Shown here one piece after another: positions 50,272 to 63,674 of a stretch of 64,000 nt of DNA (within the stretch, counting starts at the first letter, position 1; each line of letters begins with the position of its first letter). The position numbers and the translations under genes were made by a program. The stretch lies in the NCBI RefSeq assembly GCF_024521635.1, contig NW_026250406.1:992001-1056000 (forward strand), read 5' to 3'. The notes under the pieces are model-generated. The model was given only the letters and a program-made list of their open reading frames with translations, was not told where the DNA came from and did no database searches. The DNA comes from Tricharina praecox. Taxonomy: Eukaryota.

Positions 50272-50598
50272 AATTAGGTGAGAGGGTTAGATACGAACTG
50301 GGCATTCTTTGGAGTTTTTGTTCGCGTTGGCGTTCTTTCGTTGTTCGCATTCCGATTGGCCCGAGTTGTGGACTACCACCGACGGCGGCGAACTGGTGAT
50401 TTGTATTTTGTTGTATCTTGGTTAATTAGTTCTAATTATTAGAGATTGCGTGCATCTGTTGGCATGAATGAAAGATTACGATGTGGAATGGGATCATTTT
50501 GCACAGTAAAGTCATACTACATCACTCGCTATATAGTACAATGATCAGTGGATATGATGTACAGACTGCTTTCGATATAGGTATCCAGAAATACAAAA

Positions 50599-51609
50599 TT
50601 ACAGTCTCGCTTTCTCTCCGCCCACATCCTCATCATCAATCTCGACCACGACCTTCCCCCACGTCTTCCGGCCCTCCAGCCACTCCAAGGCCCTGCCGAC
50701 CTCTTTCAGCCCTTTGAACGGCTCTCCATCAAACACAGTCCCCTTAAACTTCCCCTCCTTCACCAGCTTAAAGATGCCGTCCCACGTCGTCTGCACTGTC
50801 TCGGGTTCCTTCTTCGCATACATCCCCCAATGAATCCCCACAATGCTAACATTCTTCAACAGCACCCTATTAGTCCTCATGTTCTCAATCTTGCCGCCCG
50901 CAAAACCCACCACCAGCACCCTGGCGTTCCAATTGCAAGCGCTCAAGCTCTTCTCCACCAATCCCACGGGATCATAAACCACATCCACCCCTTTTCCGCC
51001 AGTGATAGCCATCACAACCTTGACCCATCCGTCATCAGAGTAATCCACCGTCGCATCCGCGCCAAAACGGGTGCACACATCGCGCTTCTCAACGGTACTC
51101 GCTGACGCGACGACCCTCGCCCCCAAAGCCTTCGCGATCTGTATCGCTGCCAGTCCGACCCCGCCAGCGCCCGCATGCACGAGCACCCACTCCCCCGCTC
51201 GCACCTGCGCCCGCGTCACCAGCGCCGCGTAGCTCGTCGGCGCGGTGACGAACAGTCCCGCGGCGTCCTTGAATCCCCAGCCGTCGGGCACTGGCCGAAG
51301 GGCCGCCTCGTCCGCGCACACGCGCGTGGCGAACGCTCCCTGCGACGCTCCAAAGACCCGGGAGCCTACGGGGTATTTCCCGCCTGGCGGGCAGGAGAGC
51401 ACTACGCCGCTGAACTCGGACCCCGCTACCCAGGGGAGCGTCGGCTGGTGCTGGTATTTGCCGCGGATCTGGAGCAGGTCGAAGAAGTTACATGCGGAGG
51501 CGCGGATCGAGATCAGGTATTGTGTGCTGCTGGGGGTCGGCGAGGGCAGAGTGGCGACGGTGAGCGCCTGCGGGCTTGGGAGGAGGGTGCTTAAGTTGAG
51601 TGCTTTCAT
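50599..51609 (-). CDS. NADPH:quinone oxidoreductase / zeta-crystallin-like medium-chain dehydrogenase/reductase, intronless
   Basis: 336-aa ORF: NFFDLLQIRGKYQ, GSEFSGVV, VLVHAGAGGVGLAAIQIAKALGA, GVDVVYDPVG, GKVVV; ends ARL*. Confidence 0.93.
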   Translation of the reverse strand: MKALNLSTLLPSPQALTVATLPSPTPSSTQYLISIRASACNFFDLLQIRGKYQHQPTLPWVAGSEFSGVVLSCPPGGKYPVGSRVFGASQGAFATRVCADEAALRPVPDGWGFKDAAGLFVTAPTSYAALVTRAQVRAGEWVLVHAGAGGVGLAAIQIAKALGARVVASASTVEKRDVCTRFGADATVDYSDDGWVKVVMAITGGKGVDVVYDPVGLVEKSLSACNWNARVLVVGFAGGKIENMRTNRVLLKNVSIVGIHWGMYAKKEPETVQTTWDGIFKLVKEGKFKGTVFDGEPFKGLKEVGRALEWLEGRKTWGKVVVEIDDEDVGGEKARL

Positions 51610-52751
51610 TGTGGTGTCTGCTGTGCTGGTGCGGATGGGAATTGGCGGTGAGGGAGGACAAGGTATTTGAACTTATTGATGCCCCAGATTTACTTGCTGT
51701 GGGGAACGTCGTGGCCCCGGGCCGGTGAAGCTGCCTCGGCTTAGCATATGCGCATGCAGTCAGCTCGGGATCGCCATTCGCAGATACCTGGTAGATATCC
51801 CGAGCGTAACACAGGATGTGGAGGTTAGGGCTGGTCACGGCTTATCACGACTACTCTCGGCCTCATGATGTAATCATGCTGGCGGATTGCCGGTACTCGG
51901 GTACGGTCAGCGAATCGGAAGCACCGGGGTGCCCTGCATCAGCGGGTGGTGAGTTCTGGAGAATCAAATTGAACTTGCTAAGTGACTGTGGGATGCTATT
52001 TCTCTTGGGGAAATACCCGAGATGTTGTTTCTCGGTCACTCGGGTTCTCGTCGGCCTACCTATTTTATAGTACTATCTATCTTTTTGTATCATGTCTCTA
52101 CTTGTTCTGATCGTGTCCTGCTTGCACTCCTTGGTATGCACTATTTGAGTTTCTGCCCGTCTAATCATCAATTCACTGAAGTATGATACAAAGTAGCTAT
52201 CTCAGACACCTGTCACCGTTCAATTCCACCCTTATCGCAAACGGGATCTGGTGCTAGATGCTTCTGGGGCTTCTGATTCCATTCTTCATACAAAAGTACC
52301 GGCGTATTGGACACAGCCGTATGCCGGTGCCGGTACGGAATGATGAACGGAAAAGAACTAAAGAACAGGTTGCAGGTAACAAGTAGGCGCCTGGTTCCAG
52401 GTGTAGACCACCCGCCGTTGTTTCCACCAGCCAACCGCAAAAGTCTTTAACGTAAGGGGCGAAGGGGGCGGCGTAATAAGCGCACCGGTCGACGACTCGA
52501 CGAGGAAAAGTCACGAAAGTATGTAGAGTTACCAGGGGCCTGGGCCAGCCTGGGCCCTGAACATCTCTGGATGATGTCATTTTCGAATAACCCTTCGCTG
52601 TGAGAAAACTGTCCATGTACCATGCCTAGCTGCGACTCAGACGCAAAGCAAAAAGGCCGGCCACCTTGTATTAGGTCGGTCGTTTCCCTAGCCCAGTGAT
52701 ACACCAAACCGCTCTTTCATTGCATTCATTATTCTTTGAAAAGCAATTGTC

Positions 52752-52870
52752 AGCTATGGTCATAGAACCATGAACACACGGCTTCCCGTCCGCTCAGCCC
52801 TAGTTAAGCATGGTATCGCCAGGTTAGTACTGCAGTGGGTGACCATGCGGGAATCCCTGGTACCGTAGTT
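52752..52870 (+). rRNA. Dispersed 5S rRNA gene
   Basis: 119 nt with the conserved 5S core GGCTTCCCGTCCGCTCAGCC...TTAAG...GTTAGTA...GTGGGTGACCA...GAAT; terminal helix AGCTATGGT/ACCGTAGTT; followed by a T-run Pol III terminator. Confidence 0.93.
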
Positions 52871-53599
52871 TTTATATCGTCTTTTTGCCCCAAAGGGTCT
52901 GACTATTTGGGTGAAGTACGTACAGCAGTGTCGATGCTGAGAACAACAGCTCTGTTGCTATGAACCAGCGCTGTGGTAGCTAGCTTCGGCGACTGGCAGG
53001 CGACTGGAACCCCCACGTTTCCTAGTCCGCCCCGATATCGACTCGTTACGAACATTTGTAGTTTACCGAGCAATTTTGTAAATACCGAAATACTGCATAC
53101 AAGTTTTGTAGCGATTCAGACAGCTGAAGGCTCACACTGTATCCCCCGGAATGTTTGACTGCTTTGCACAAAGCAATATCAACAACATTACCACAGCCGC
53201 TGGTCACTTTCACTTTCGATGCCTGACATATCACCCGTGAAAGTGTCGGCAGATAGAATTGTGTCACATGCACCTAAGATTACATAAGCCAGTCACCCCC
53301 CGCCAAGAAACCCCATGGAGTTATGACAGTATCGCACGCGCACTAGTGCCCCAAGCTTCCTCCCAAGTTCCTTCCCCAAGGTTACCTTCTTATCACCTTC
53401 TCACCTCCATATTCACCCCCTCAGACCTGCCCTCCCGACTACTCTACAGAGCTCACTTCGAACGGCCGGAAATCGACAAACCCCGCTATAAACTGGACCT
53501 TCCCGCCGCGCGCCCCTCCACGCTTTATCTCGCTCCTATATCTCACACCAACCAGCTGCGGCCGCCCCACCGAGTGCCTTCGGGCCCATATCGCTCATC

Positions 53600-54857
53600 A
53601 TGAATACGCGACCACAACTAAATCCGGCCGACCGTCAGGTCGCCCTGTATGCTGGCTTCAACCAGGACAGTTCGTGTTTCTCGGTCGGCGTGGACAACGG
53701 TTTCCACAGTTGGTCCCCCGCCCACGCCTTAAGCTTAGTGTCAACAAGCTCGATAAGCTAACCCCCGCGTTTTCAGTCTACAGCGCCGATCCGTGCGAGC
53801 TTCAGGTCACCCGAGGTTCGACTCCCCGCTTCTTCGTCGACGATCTTCCTTTCTCCCTCCCTTGTTTTTGCTCTGTCTGACAGTGCACGCAGAGTTGAAG
53901 GGTGGCATAGCTATCGCCGAAATGCTCGGTCGGGCCAACTTCCTTGCGCTCGTCGGCGGCGGCCGTAACCCCAGATACGCGCAGAACAAAGTAATAATTT
54001 GGGACGACGCGAAGCGAAAGCCCGTGATATCGATGGAGTTCCATTCGGCGGTTCGAGCGGTGCGGCTGACGCGCACCAAAATCGTCGTGGTACTCACGGG
54101 CCACGTGCACGTCTACACATTCTCGTCACCGCCAACCAGAGACCACGTTTTCGAGACGTACGACAACCCGCTGGGACTCGTCGCCCTGTCCACGCAGACA
54201 CTGGTGTTTCCAGGCAGAACACCGGGACATGTGCAATTGTGTGATCTGGCAAGTGGGAATATTAGTATCATACCAGCGCACACCACGCCGCTGCGCGCCA
54301 TCACCATCTCGCCCCAGGGTGATTTGATTGCCACCGCGTCCGAGAAGGGAACCATAGTACGGGTTTACTCGGCCGCGAATTGCAGTCTCGTCTGCGAGCT
54401 TCGTAGGGGAATCGATAAGGCTGTGGTGTACTCCCTTGCTATCTCGCCAACTTCACATCGCCTCGCAGTCACCTCCGATAAGCGCACGCTGCACATATAC
54501 GAGCTGCCCACGTACGGCCGACATCCCTCGCAGGCCAGCAACTCGAGGCCATCGTCAGCAATGTCGAACGGTCCCGTCAGTGGTGAGAACAAACGGTGGT
54601 CGCTGCTTGGCAAACTGCCACTGTTGCCGAAATATTTCTCGAGCGAATGGAGCGCTGCGCATTCGGAATTTGAGGGAGGCGGCACAGCTGCGGTTGGATG
54701 GGTGGCAGAAGACGCAGTCGTGGTCGTCAGCGTTGGTGGAGGGAAGGATGGCTTGGGGGAACCCCGATGGGAGAAGTTTGTGCTCGTCGAGTCGATGAAC
54801 GGGGGTGGTGAAGAGTGCTTGCGGGAGGGATGGAGGAGATATCTGGACAACGACTAG
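53600..54857 (+). CDS. HSV2: PROPPIN family WD40 phosphoinositide-binding protein, Hsv2/SVP1-like (Atg18 family); 2 introns
   Basis: FNQDSSCFSVG, EMLGRANFLALVGGGRNP, VIIWDD, IPAHTTPLRAI, ATASEKGTIVRVY, LRRG lipid-binding motif, KYFSSEWS. Confidence 0.9.
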
Positions 54858-56716
54858 ACACGACTGTTGGTCGAGTATCATTGGGCGGCTTCTTCTCCCT
54901 CTATTGGAGCGAAGAAGAAGGGGGAGCGGGATGGGTTGACCGGGTCTGCGCGTTTTCCTAGATGGATCTGATACGGTTATTTTTTCCTCGCTCTCTCTCT
55001 CTCTCTCTCGATCCGCACCACCTATACTCCTTTGCTTTATTTTCTGTCTTTCCTCCAATGGGCTCAGGGGGTAGAGGAGATTTTGTTGATTATTTTGACC
55101 GAAGTACTTGCACACACCTATTCTGATACCTCTCAACGGCGCACACTATTTTTTTTATTCATTCTCCTCGACCTTTTCCTACTTCCTACTTCCTACATCC
55201 CGCTTCTCCCGCCCGTTTTTCTCATTGGATCGATCAAACTTGCACGGAGTTTTCTGTCTTCCGTCCAAGTTACCGTTCCATCCATTTCAAATGTTTCTCT
55301 TAATTCTAATATATATCGCTCGCTCGCGACGTACGGGGGATGGACGACAGCGACGGCGACAACGATTGCTTGCTTGTACATTACATGTAGGTAGTCTGTG
55401 GGAGGGAGGGAGGGAGGGAATGTGCAATAGAGATACAGATACACTTTGTTCGCTGGCTCTTTTTTTTTTGCTTGTAGACGGGGAGGTGGAGGTGGAGGTG
55501 GAGATCCGAGGGAGAGGCGTGCACGATGTGTTATGATCTGCAATGGGAATTATCAATATCGATGATTTTTTTCTGGCCTGGTTGAGTCAGTAACGTACAT
55601 ACAAATACTTCCTGAGTGCTTTACCTAGGGTATATGTAGAGTGGTGTGTAGAGAGGATGATGCTTGACTCGACGAACGACCGTCTTCTCACTCGTCACAT
55701 CTCGCAAGTTCGCAAGTGAGTGAGTGAGTGCATGGTATGGGGGGTGGGATTTGGAAACAGGCCGCACTGACATGTCCCCCCCCCCCCCACCTCCACCCCT
55801 CTCCGTCCCCCACCGCCCATTCCACATGGACGGACGGACGCGCACAGATGCGCGGAGCCCAAGGGTTTTTTTCTTTACCCCACCGCTGCTGTCAATGTAC
55901 GAATTTCGACGGAATGGCCGCCACCCGGTGCGAACTGGAGCACTGGAGCACTGGGACACTGGAGCAACTGGGATCGGGTTTGCCACCACCACAAGATGTT
56001 GGTACACAGAAGTTGGGATATGCAGTCACCAGTGCGTCCTGTGCAGTGCAAGGCTTGACTGCCTGCTGTGGTCCGGATTGAAAGATGAAAGGTCGCGTTG
56101 GGCGCTGGGATGGGGAGGCAGTGAGGGAGGCAGAGGGGGGGGAGGGAGGTGTACACGTTTCGTTCTGTTCATGGGGATGATGGAGTGCTGGCCGGGGAGA
56201 CGGAGTTGGAGGGGTGAGGACTTTTTTTTCGTTTCGTTTCTTCATCACTAACATCTTTTTCATCCGTGGAGAAACGAGGGGAAGCGTGCGGGTGGGAGTG
56301 CGGGTGCGGGGATGTGGATGCGGGGATCCCTCAAACATCGTCCCGCGCCGAATCCCGATGTTGATTGTTTCTGTTTCTGTTTGAAGTTGAAATGTGAACT
56401 GCCACTCCACTACTCTACCTGCATATCGACGGAGCCTCCCGCCCTCCAACTTCCAAGCCACCCTCTAAGCCGCCCTCCAAGCCGCCCCTCCAAGCCGTCC
56501 CCGCCAACCGTTCAGTGCCATACTCTAGTAAGTCCACCGTATCACAAGCTTTCTCCCCACCTCCGGCGCCGCAAGCTCGAGTGCTGGCTTGTGACCGCGA
56601 TCTATACCAGTGCCCTACCTACCATCCTGTCTGCCCGCCTACTTCTTACTTACTGCCTCGCAATGCACATGCAGCCACACCAAACACCAGCTCCGTGCGC
56701 CAACAACCCGAGAGCA

Positions 56717-56815
56717 GCAAGCTACACACATAGAGCAAGCTACATACATTATGTACATACAGCAAACCACACACATATGTACAGCAAACCACACACATAT
56801 GTACAGCAAACTACG
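56717..56815. repeat. Degenerate ~22-bp tandem repeat AGCAAACCACACACATATGTAC (2 perfect plus about 3 degenerate copies)
   Basis: Perfect copies at 56761 and 56783, flanked by AGCAAGCTACAYACAT variants. Confidence 0.8.
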
Positions 56816-59800
56816 GCGAACTACAGCACAGCACAGCATGCCATGTACTCTAGGTCTGTGGGTGCTCTAGGTATGTGGGTATGTGGGCATGTATGTGGGT
56901 ACTCTAAGGTCCCGCGATGATCCCCGCCATGGACTGTATCATACATACATAGAGTAGAGTAGATGTGTCCGGGAATCTGCATTCACATGTCTGCTATTTT
57001 TCTTCTTCTTTCTTTCTGTTTTTTCCCGAGGAGTCGAGGGAAGGAAAGAAATGGTGGTAGTGGGTGGTGGTGCTGGTGGTGGTGCTGGTGGTGGTGTGGG
57101 AGTTAGTAGCAGACTGACAGTCCGACAGTCCGACTCCCCTCCAGAGGGACGGAGGGACTGTGGGAGGCAGAAAGGGAGAGGTACTATGGCAAGGTTTTGA
57201 GAATACGGTGCATACTTGCATACCGTATGTATGTGAGATGTGAGGGGATGGACGTTGCAACTTTGCAACTGCGGGAATGGCAGCATGGCAGCATGGCTAC
57301 ATAAGGATAATGTATGATAGGTAGGGTAAAGGAAATCTGGCAGGTGTGATGGGCTCATGGGCTCGATCTGGGGGTTTCATAGAGTAGGTGCATAAATTTA
57401 GGTACTTTGTGTACTGAATTGTACATAGTAGAGTACCGCGGCGATAGATAGTAGTATACCTATGGGCGGCTGCGAACGTTGAAAAGGATGGGACATTGGG
57501 AGAGGCCATATATCGGGCCTTTGGCGCGGCGAGAATGCGATTCTATTCTTGTGGGAACTCGTGGGTAACCGCCCCCCTTAGTGAAGATGGCACGCACGTG
57601 CCAATTAGCACGACCCGACAAACCGCAGGGTTGCGAGCTACATAGCAAGGCCAGCAAGGCTAAAGAGAAGGCTGTCCTGACTCCTGGTGAATATTAGGAA
57701 TCGAGTAGATACATGGCATCCGGATACCCAAGTTCCTGAGGTTTACTATCTAATATTATACCTAGTATAGATCGGATCGCTCACCGAGAAGTACATAGGT
57801 AAAAGCTCTCGCTTGACGCTTGACGATTGACGATCTCAATAGTCCCTTGTTACCACCGTAACGTCCGTGCAGAGGATACTCTAGAAAGAGAGAGTTTCCG
57901 GATCCGCGTCGTTGATCGTCGGATCAGATCAGGTCACGGACGTTGGATTATATACAGACACGGACGGCGCTACGGGAGCCTTGAAGAGTTATCTATGTAC
58001 GCGTGCCATAATTCAATGGGCCCCCCGTTTTGTGGGGACATGCTACATCCGCAGCCTACTTATCTAGGTAGACTATTATTGGTTCGATGCGATTTAACTA
58101 TCGATAAACTTGGATGTACCGGTATGTACGATCGGATGGAATGCGTCTGCTGAGACTTGTCAAACGACAACATGTATGTGTGCATACGGACCGTCGGAAT
58201 ACAGTGTTTGAATCATGATGCCGATTACTTACCTGGATGGCTGAGCCTGAATCCTCGATTCCGTGTGGCCGCGATTCCACAGATCCACACTGTCACTGCG
58301 TATTCGCCATTCCCTCAATGGCAGTATGGCACTGCGGGAAATGGGGGGGCATGCATGTATGCACATAACAGATGTCGGTATGCCTGGGGGACCGTTGTCG
58401 CAGGAAGAGTTGAGCCGGAGCTGTGTTGTCGACAGTCGACTGAGGATTTGATACCGTGCAGCTGGCCAACAAGGATTATCTATGATTCAAGGAAGGTTGT
58501 GCCTCTCTGAGGTATTAGTTTGCTGCTGTACTTACAGTGTGGTATTGTTAAAAGCGAGGATTACTGAACGGGGGGCCCTCGTCGGAACTTGGAAGGAGAG
58601 CGTGGCCGTGTTGTACTGAATACTTTACATACTTGGTGCTCTCGATTCGGCAGGATCGAGTGATGGCATCGTCGAAAGGCGGAAAGGATACTGACGAGAT
58701 GTACTATGGTAGAAGTAGACACGGTACATAGAGTACTTGGTAGTGCTAACTATTCCATGGATCAGGATGCCCAGACAAGCAGGCAACAAGCAGGCAGGAA
58801 AGCAAGCAAGCCCGCGTCGTCGGCTGTCACGCCGATAATGCGAATGGTTATCCATCTTGTTCATACATGGCTGCATGTAACCAACTAGTTTGCATGGGAC
58901 ATACACAGGCTCCTCTTCTTGCCGTGCTTATGCTTGTGCTTGTGTGTGTGTGGAACCAGACGCACGCACGCAGTCAAGACGGACGGACAGACGGAGAGAC
59001 GGACAGAGACTAGACAGACTTGCGCAGAGAATAGACATGGGGTGGTTGGTTGGTTTGTTTTCATCACTCCACGTTGATCGTCCATCGGCCATCGATCCCA
59101 TACCGTACCCGTCCGTCGTCTCCGCTTCCACTAAAATAGCTACTAACTACTACCGTATAGTTTTAGTTAGCACTCTGCTCCAGTGCTCCAGTGCTCCTCC
59201 TCCTCCTCCTCCTCGTCGTCGATGTCGACGACTACTCGACGTCCTCGTCGTTCAACGCTTCTCCACCATCTCCGTCCCCCGTCCCCACACACACACACAT
59301 CCACGCACACACCACACACACACACACACAAATAAAATAAAATAAAATAAAATCCACCTCATATCGCACGCAGCCATTCAGAGACCAGCAGAGCACAGTC
59401 TGTTGGCTTGCAAGCTGTTGTCAACCACCACCACCACAGGACAGGGACGGCAAGGGAGGGAGGGAGGGAAGGAAGCAAGCGAGACAGCCAGCAGCCAGCC
59501 AGCAGCCAGCCAGCAGCCAGCCAGTCCACTACCGGTGCTTGCTTTGCTCAGCTAGGTACCCTACCTCACCTTACCTCCATACATACCCACTCCGCCCTGC
59601 CAACTGCGTGTGCGCGATAGATACATGTCAACATTATTTCCCAGTCCCGTCTGTCGATTTTCTCCAGTGCTGCGAGCGAGCTCTGCCTAGAAAGTAGAGT
59701 AGAGTGCCTCCTTGCTGCACCTAAGCGAAAGCAGAGTGTGCGAGATCAGATCAGCGACGGAGGCACAAGAAGAAGAAGAAGAAGGGAACCCAGAGCCCGC

Positions 59801-60738
59801 CGACGCCGCCGCCGCTGCCGCTGCCTGCCTGCCTGCCTGCCTGAAGAGAAAAGAAAGAAAAGAAAGAGCGAAAAGCGAAAAAGCGAAAAAGCGAAAGAGC
59901 AGAGACCAAAGAAAAGAGCAGAGACCAAAGACCAAAGAGCGAAAGAAAAGAAAGAAAACGCCCGCCCATATCCTTGGAAATGCCCCTCGCTTCCTCCAAC
60001 TCAATCAACTATTCCTCCGCCGCCTCCGCCTCCGCCGCCTCCGCCTCCGCCCCCGCCGCCGTCCCCTCGGTATCGGTCTTCACCTAGGTCTTCACCACCA
60101 CCACCGTCCCCCACCGCGACCACGTCCACGCCCGTCGAGTTGTTCGTCCTGCCCCATCATCCTCGCAATTCTAGCGCTGCTTGTCTTGCCTTGCCTTCGT
60201 CCAACAGCGTCCGTTCCTTTTTTTTTTCTTTCTTTCTTTTCTTCTTACGTTGCCCGTGTCCAAAACGTGTTTCTTCATTTCATATCGGGGATTAAAAACA
60301 CACACACACAACCCCACGTTCCCCCCTACAGAACTGGACCTGTCCTGTCCTGCCTAATTTCATTTCGCCCGGTTTCTCTTGCTTGCTTGTGAAAGTGTTG
60401 TGAACAACCCCGATTGCATCCTTCATTCTGCATTCCGCATTCTTTTTGATTTTTTGATTTTTTTGATTTTTCGTTTCTTCGGTTCTTCGGTTCCTTCACA
60501 GCTTCAGCTTCCCTCCCCCCCTCCCCCCCGCCGCCGCCGCCCGCCCGCCCCACCTCCCCCTCCCTCCTCCTGCCCAGTCTGTTTGTTGCTGAAGTCGGCA
60601 CTGTATTGTCTAATTTCTAGTTGAGCTGCCTACCTGCCTGCCCGGACGGACGGACGGAGACGACAAGGACGGGGACAGACAGAAACAGACGCGCGGGAAG
60701 AGCAAGGTCAAGAAAACAGGCAGAGCTCGCTCGCAATC

Positions 60739-63674
60739 ATGGTCCAGGGGTTCAATCTGAAGCAGAAGGCGCTGGATGTGAAGAACAGGTTGAAGCGTCG
60801 CAGCATCGCCGTCGGTGAGATTCCCCATGCGGTCGTCGTCGACAAGCGAACAGCGGCGGCGACGACGAAGCAGCACGACCAAGATGGAGGCTCGTTGCTG
60901 AGGAGGACTCCGTCAGTGAGGAGCCTAGCGTCGTCAAAATACTCCAGGGTTAGCCTGTGGAAGAGCAGCGGAGGCAGCAGCGGGCGACGAGCCCGCAGTG
61001 GAACCGACGACGAGGCGGGGGATAGCTTGGTGGTGGTGGTCGACGAGGCGATCGGGGACGGCGCCGAGGCGGTGGTGGACGTGGACACAGCGCCCGCGAC
61101 ACCGGCAACACCCACGACCGAGCGCCGACTGTCGCGACTGCTAAACGGAGATTGCGAAGAGCGACCGAGGCCGATGACAGCGTCGCCAGCAATGCCGCGA
61201 TCGCACTCCTACTCCAATTCTAACGGCGCGCATCAAGAAGGGGGAGAAGAGGCTCAAGAGAATTGGCGGACGAACCAGCACGAGAACACCAAGAAGAGTG
61301 GCCGCGTTGCGCTCAATGGTTCCAGCACAAGAAAAGCAGCGCGATTAAGAAGAGAAGGAGAAGAGGAAGAATCATCCGCATCGTCATCGTCGCATTCTTC
61401 ATCGGAAAAGAAGAATACGCCGTCATCGCCATCGCCATCTCCTGACCGGCAGATCGACGTTGCTGGGTCCAGTGCTACTACCACCACTACTGCTGCCCTC
61501 ACGGCAAGTTTCCAAGACCGCAGCGACAATATCAATAGCCAGCTTCCGCCTCTCCCGGCATCGCTCCCTCCTCCTCTCCCCCCCAAAGAACCACCACAAC
61601 TCCTGTCCACTCCCCCGCAACGCCAAAACTCAGTTGCCACTGCTCCTGTCGCTGCCGTCCGTTCATTCCCTCTCATTCCAGAGACATCGCCCGCACCGGA
61701 TCCACTTCCGATCCCAATCCCGAATCCGACCACTCCCCTACAGTCCACTTCGGCTAATCCACCACTACCCCCGGTCTCGCCTATTCCTGCCTTACCTCCT
61801 CTAACTTCCCAACAAGCACCAAAAACATCGCTTCCACCTCCTCCACCACCGCCACCTCCTCCTCCTCCCCCCCTGCCACCGCTCCCTAACGTCGCGACCT
61901 CGAGCCCGTTCTTTCGACCTATTCGTTACGACTCGCTGCGCAGACATCGTTCCGGCCGGTCGTCCTCGGTCGCCTCGCAGTACACCGACTCCAACTTCTC
62001 GCGTCGTCCTTCGCAGATCGTTCGCCGACAGTCACTGCTGCCGCAGTCCGACAGCAAATTCATCACCGAACTCTACTTCGGCCAGCCAACCCTAGCCGAG
62101 GAGGTGGATTCGGACGGTGTTCTTCGGACCGGGCAACAATCCCCGGCCATGACTGCTCGCAAGGTTTGGGTCAAGCGGTGCAACGCATCCCCCACTTCCG
62201 TGCTGGTTACCGAAGAGGACTTGGTGGACGATGTCCGTGATTTGATCTTGGGAAAGTATCAGAACACGCTGGGACGGCATTGGGATGCTCCCGACGTACA
62301 GGTCCGCATCGTGCCGCGGGGAGCGAGGCCGAGGGCTCACGATCGGAGTCACGAGAGAGGACACGGGTCCGAGCGGATACTGTCTCCGGACGAATCGCTC
62401 TTGAGGGTGGTCGAGGAGTACTTTCCCGGGGGACAGCACGCAGATGATGCTCTGATCATTGAGGTTCCAGAACGAAAGACACCGCGGCCATCGCCCGGTC
62501 CTGTCATGCATAGCTACACCTACGGAGGCGATCATCACGTCGAGCCGGGCTACTTCGACATTCCGCCACGTCCCGTTCTTAACCGTGGAACCCCAGATCC
62601 CACCAACGGCGGACGGGTCGCGCCGATACCTAGCCCCCAATATCCACGGGAACCGCATCGTCCCCAGATAGGCCGCCGGATGGCCACCTCGCCTCCAGTT
62701 CAAGGCATCATCCTCGCTCCCAAGGTCCCAGCCGGGAGGTCCCGGGGTGGGTCCGATGCGTCTGCGCCAAATGGAGGTCAGCCACCTCCTGCCCCACCTC
62801 TCAAGACTGTCCCGTCTGAAGAAGATCGGTCCCAGAATACCGCCATGTCCACACCCGCCCGGGTCGCGTCGCCACTGCCAATAGGATCCAGGAAGATCAA
62901 GGACGTGAAGCAGGCGAACCCAACCCCACCACCGGCGTCAGGGCCGGGGCGACGTTCCGACGGCACGGTACCTCCGATTAAAGTGCTGATCGTCGAAGAC
63001 AACGTCATCAATCTGCGGTTGCTCGAGGCGTTTATGAAACGACTCAAGGTTCGGTGGGAGGCGGCGATGAACGGAAAGATCGCGGTGGATAAGTGGAGAG
63101 CCGGGGGATTCCATTTGGTATTGATGGATATCCAGTTGCCAGTGATGAATGGTCTGGACGCGACCAAGGAGATCCGAAGGTTGGAGAAGGTGAATAGGAT
63201 AAGAGCAGCATTCCCACACACGAAACCGGATGATGAAGACGACGAACCGGTACCGGAGGAGATACCAGAGGCGGACCGCCTGCCCGATTCGATTCTTTTC
63301 AGGTCTCCAGTCATCATTGTTGCCTTGACTGCTTCTTCCTTGCAGAGTGATCGTCACGAAGCGTATGCAGCCGGGTGCAATGACTTCCTAACCAAGGTTC
63401 GTTTCTCTTTCTTGGACCATCTACCTGAACGTGGGTTTGCTGACGTGTTATACAGCCTGTGAATTTCATCTGGTTAGAACGGAAGGTCACCGAGTGGGGC
63501 TGCATGCAAGCCTTGATCGATTTCGATGGATGGAAGACGTGGAAGAAGAGTGCAGAGGAGATGTCTGCGGCCGACGCAACGGTGGCCAAGAACAAACGAC
63601 TAGCTGCAGGTAACAAGACCAAGAAGCTCAAGAATAATGTCGACGATTCTAAGCCCACCACGCCAGCCGGATAA
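60739..63674 (+). CDS. SSK1: Response regulator Ssk1/SskA/Mcs4 of the HOG pathway; 1 intron (63396-63456)
   Basis: KVWVKR..ASPT..V..EDLVDDVRD conserved block; receiver domain VPPIKVLIVEDN, LVLMDIQLP, IIVALTASSL, GCNDFLTK|PVNFIWLERKVTEWGCMQALIDFDGW. Confidence 0.95.

Noticed and set aside
53811..53830. GGTTCGACTCC B-box/T-loop-like motif
   Set aside because: Coincides with the exon/intron-2 donor of HSV2; no cloverleaf or A-box, so not a tRNA.
59687..60392. Overlapping 105-226 aa ORFs rich in K/R/P
   Set aside because: Translations of simple repeats in the SSK1 upstream region with no domain content.
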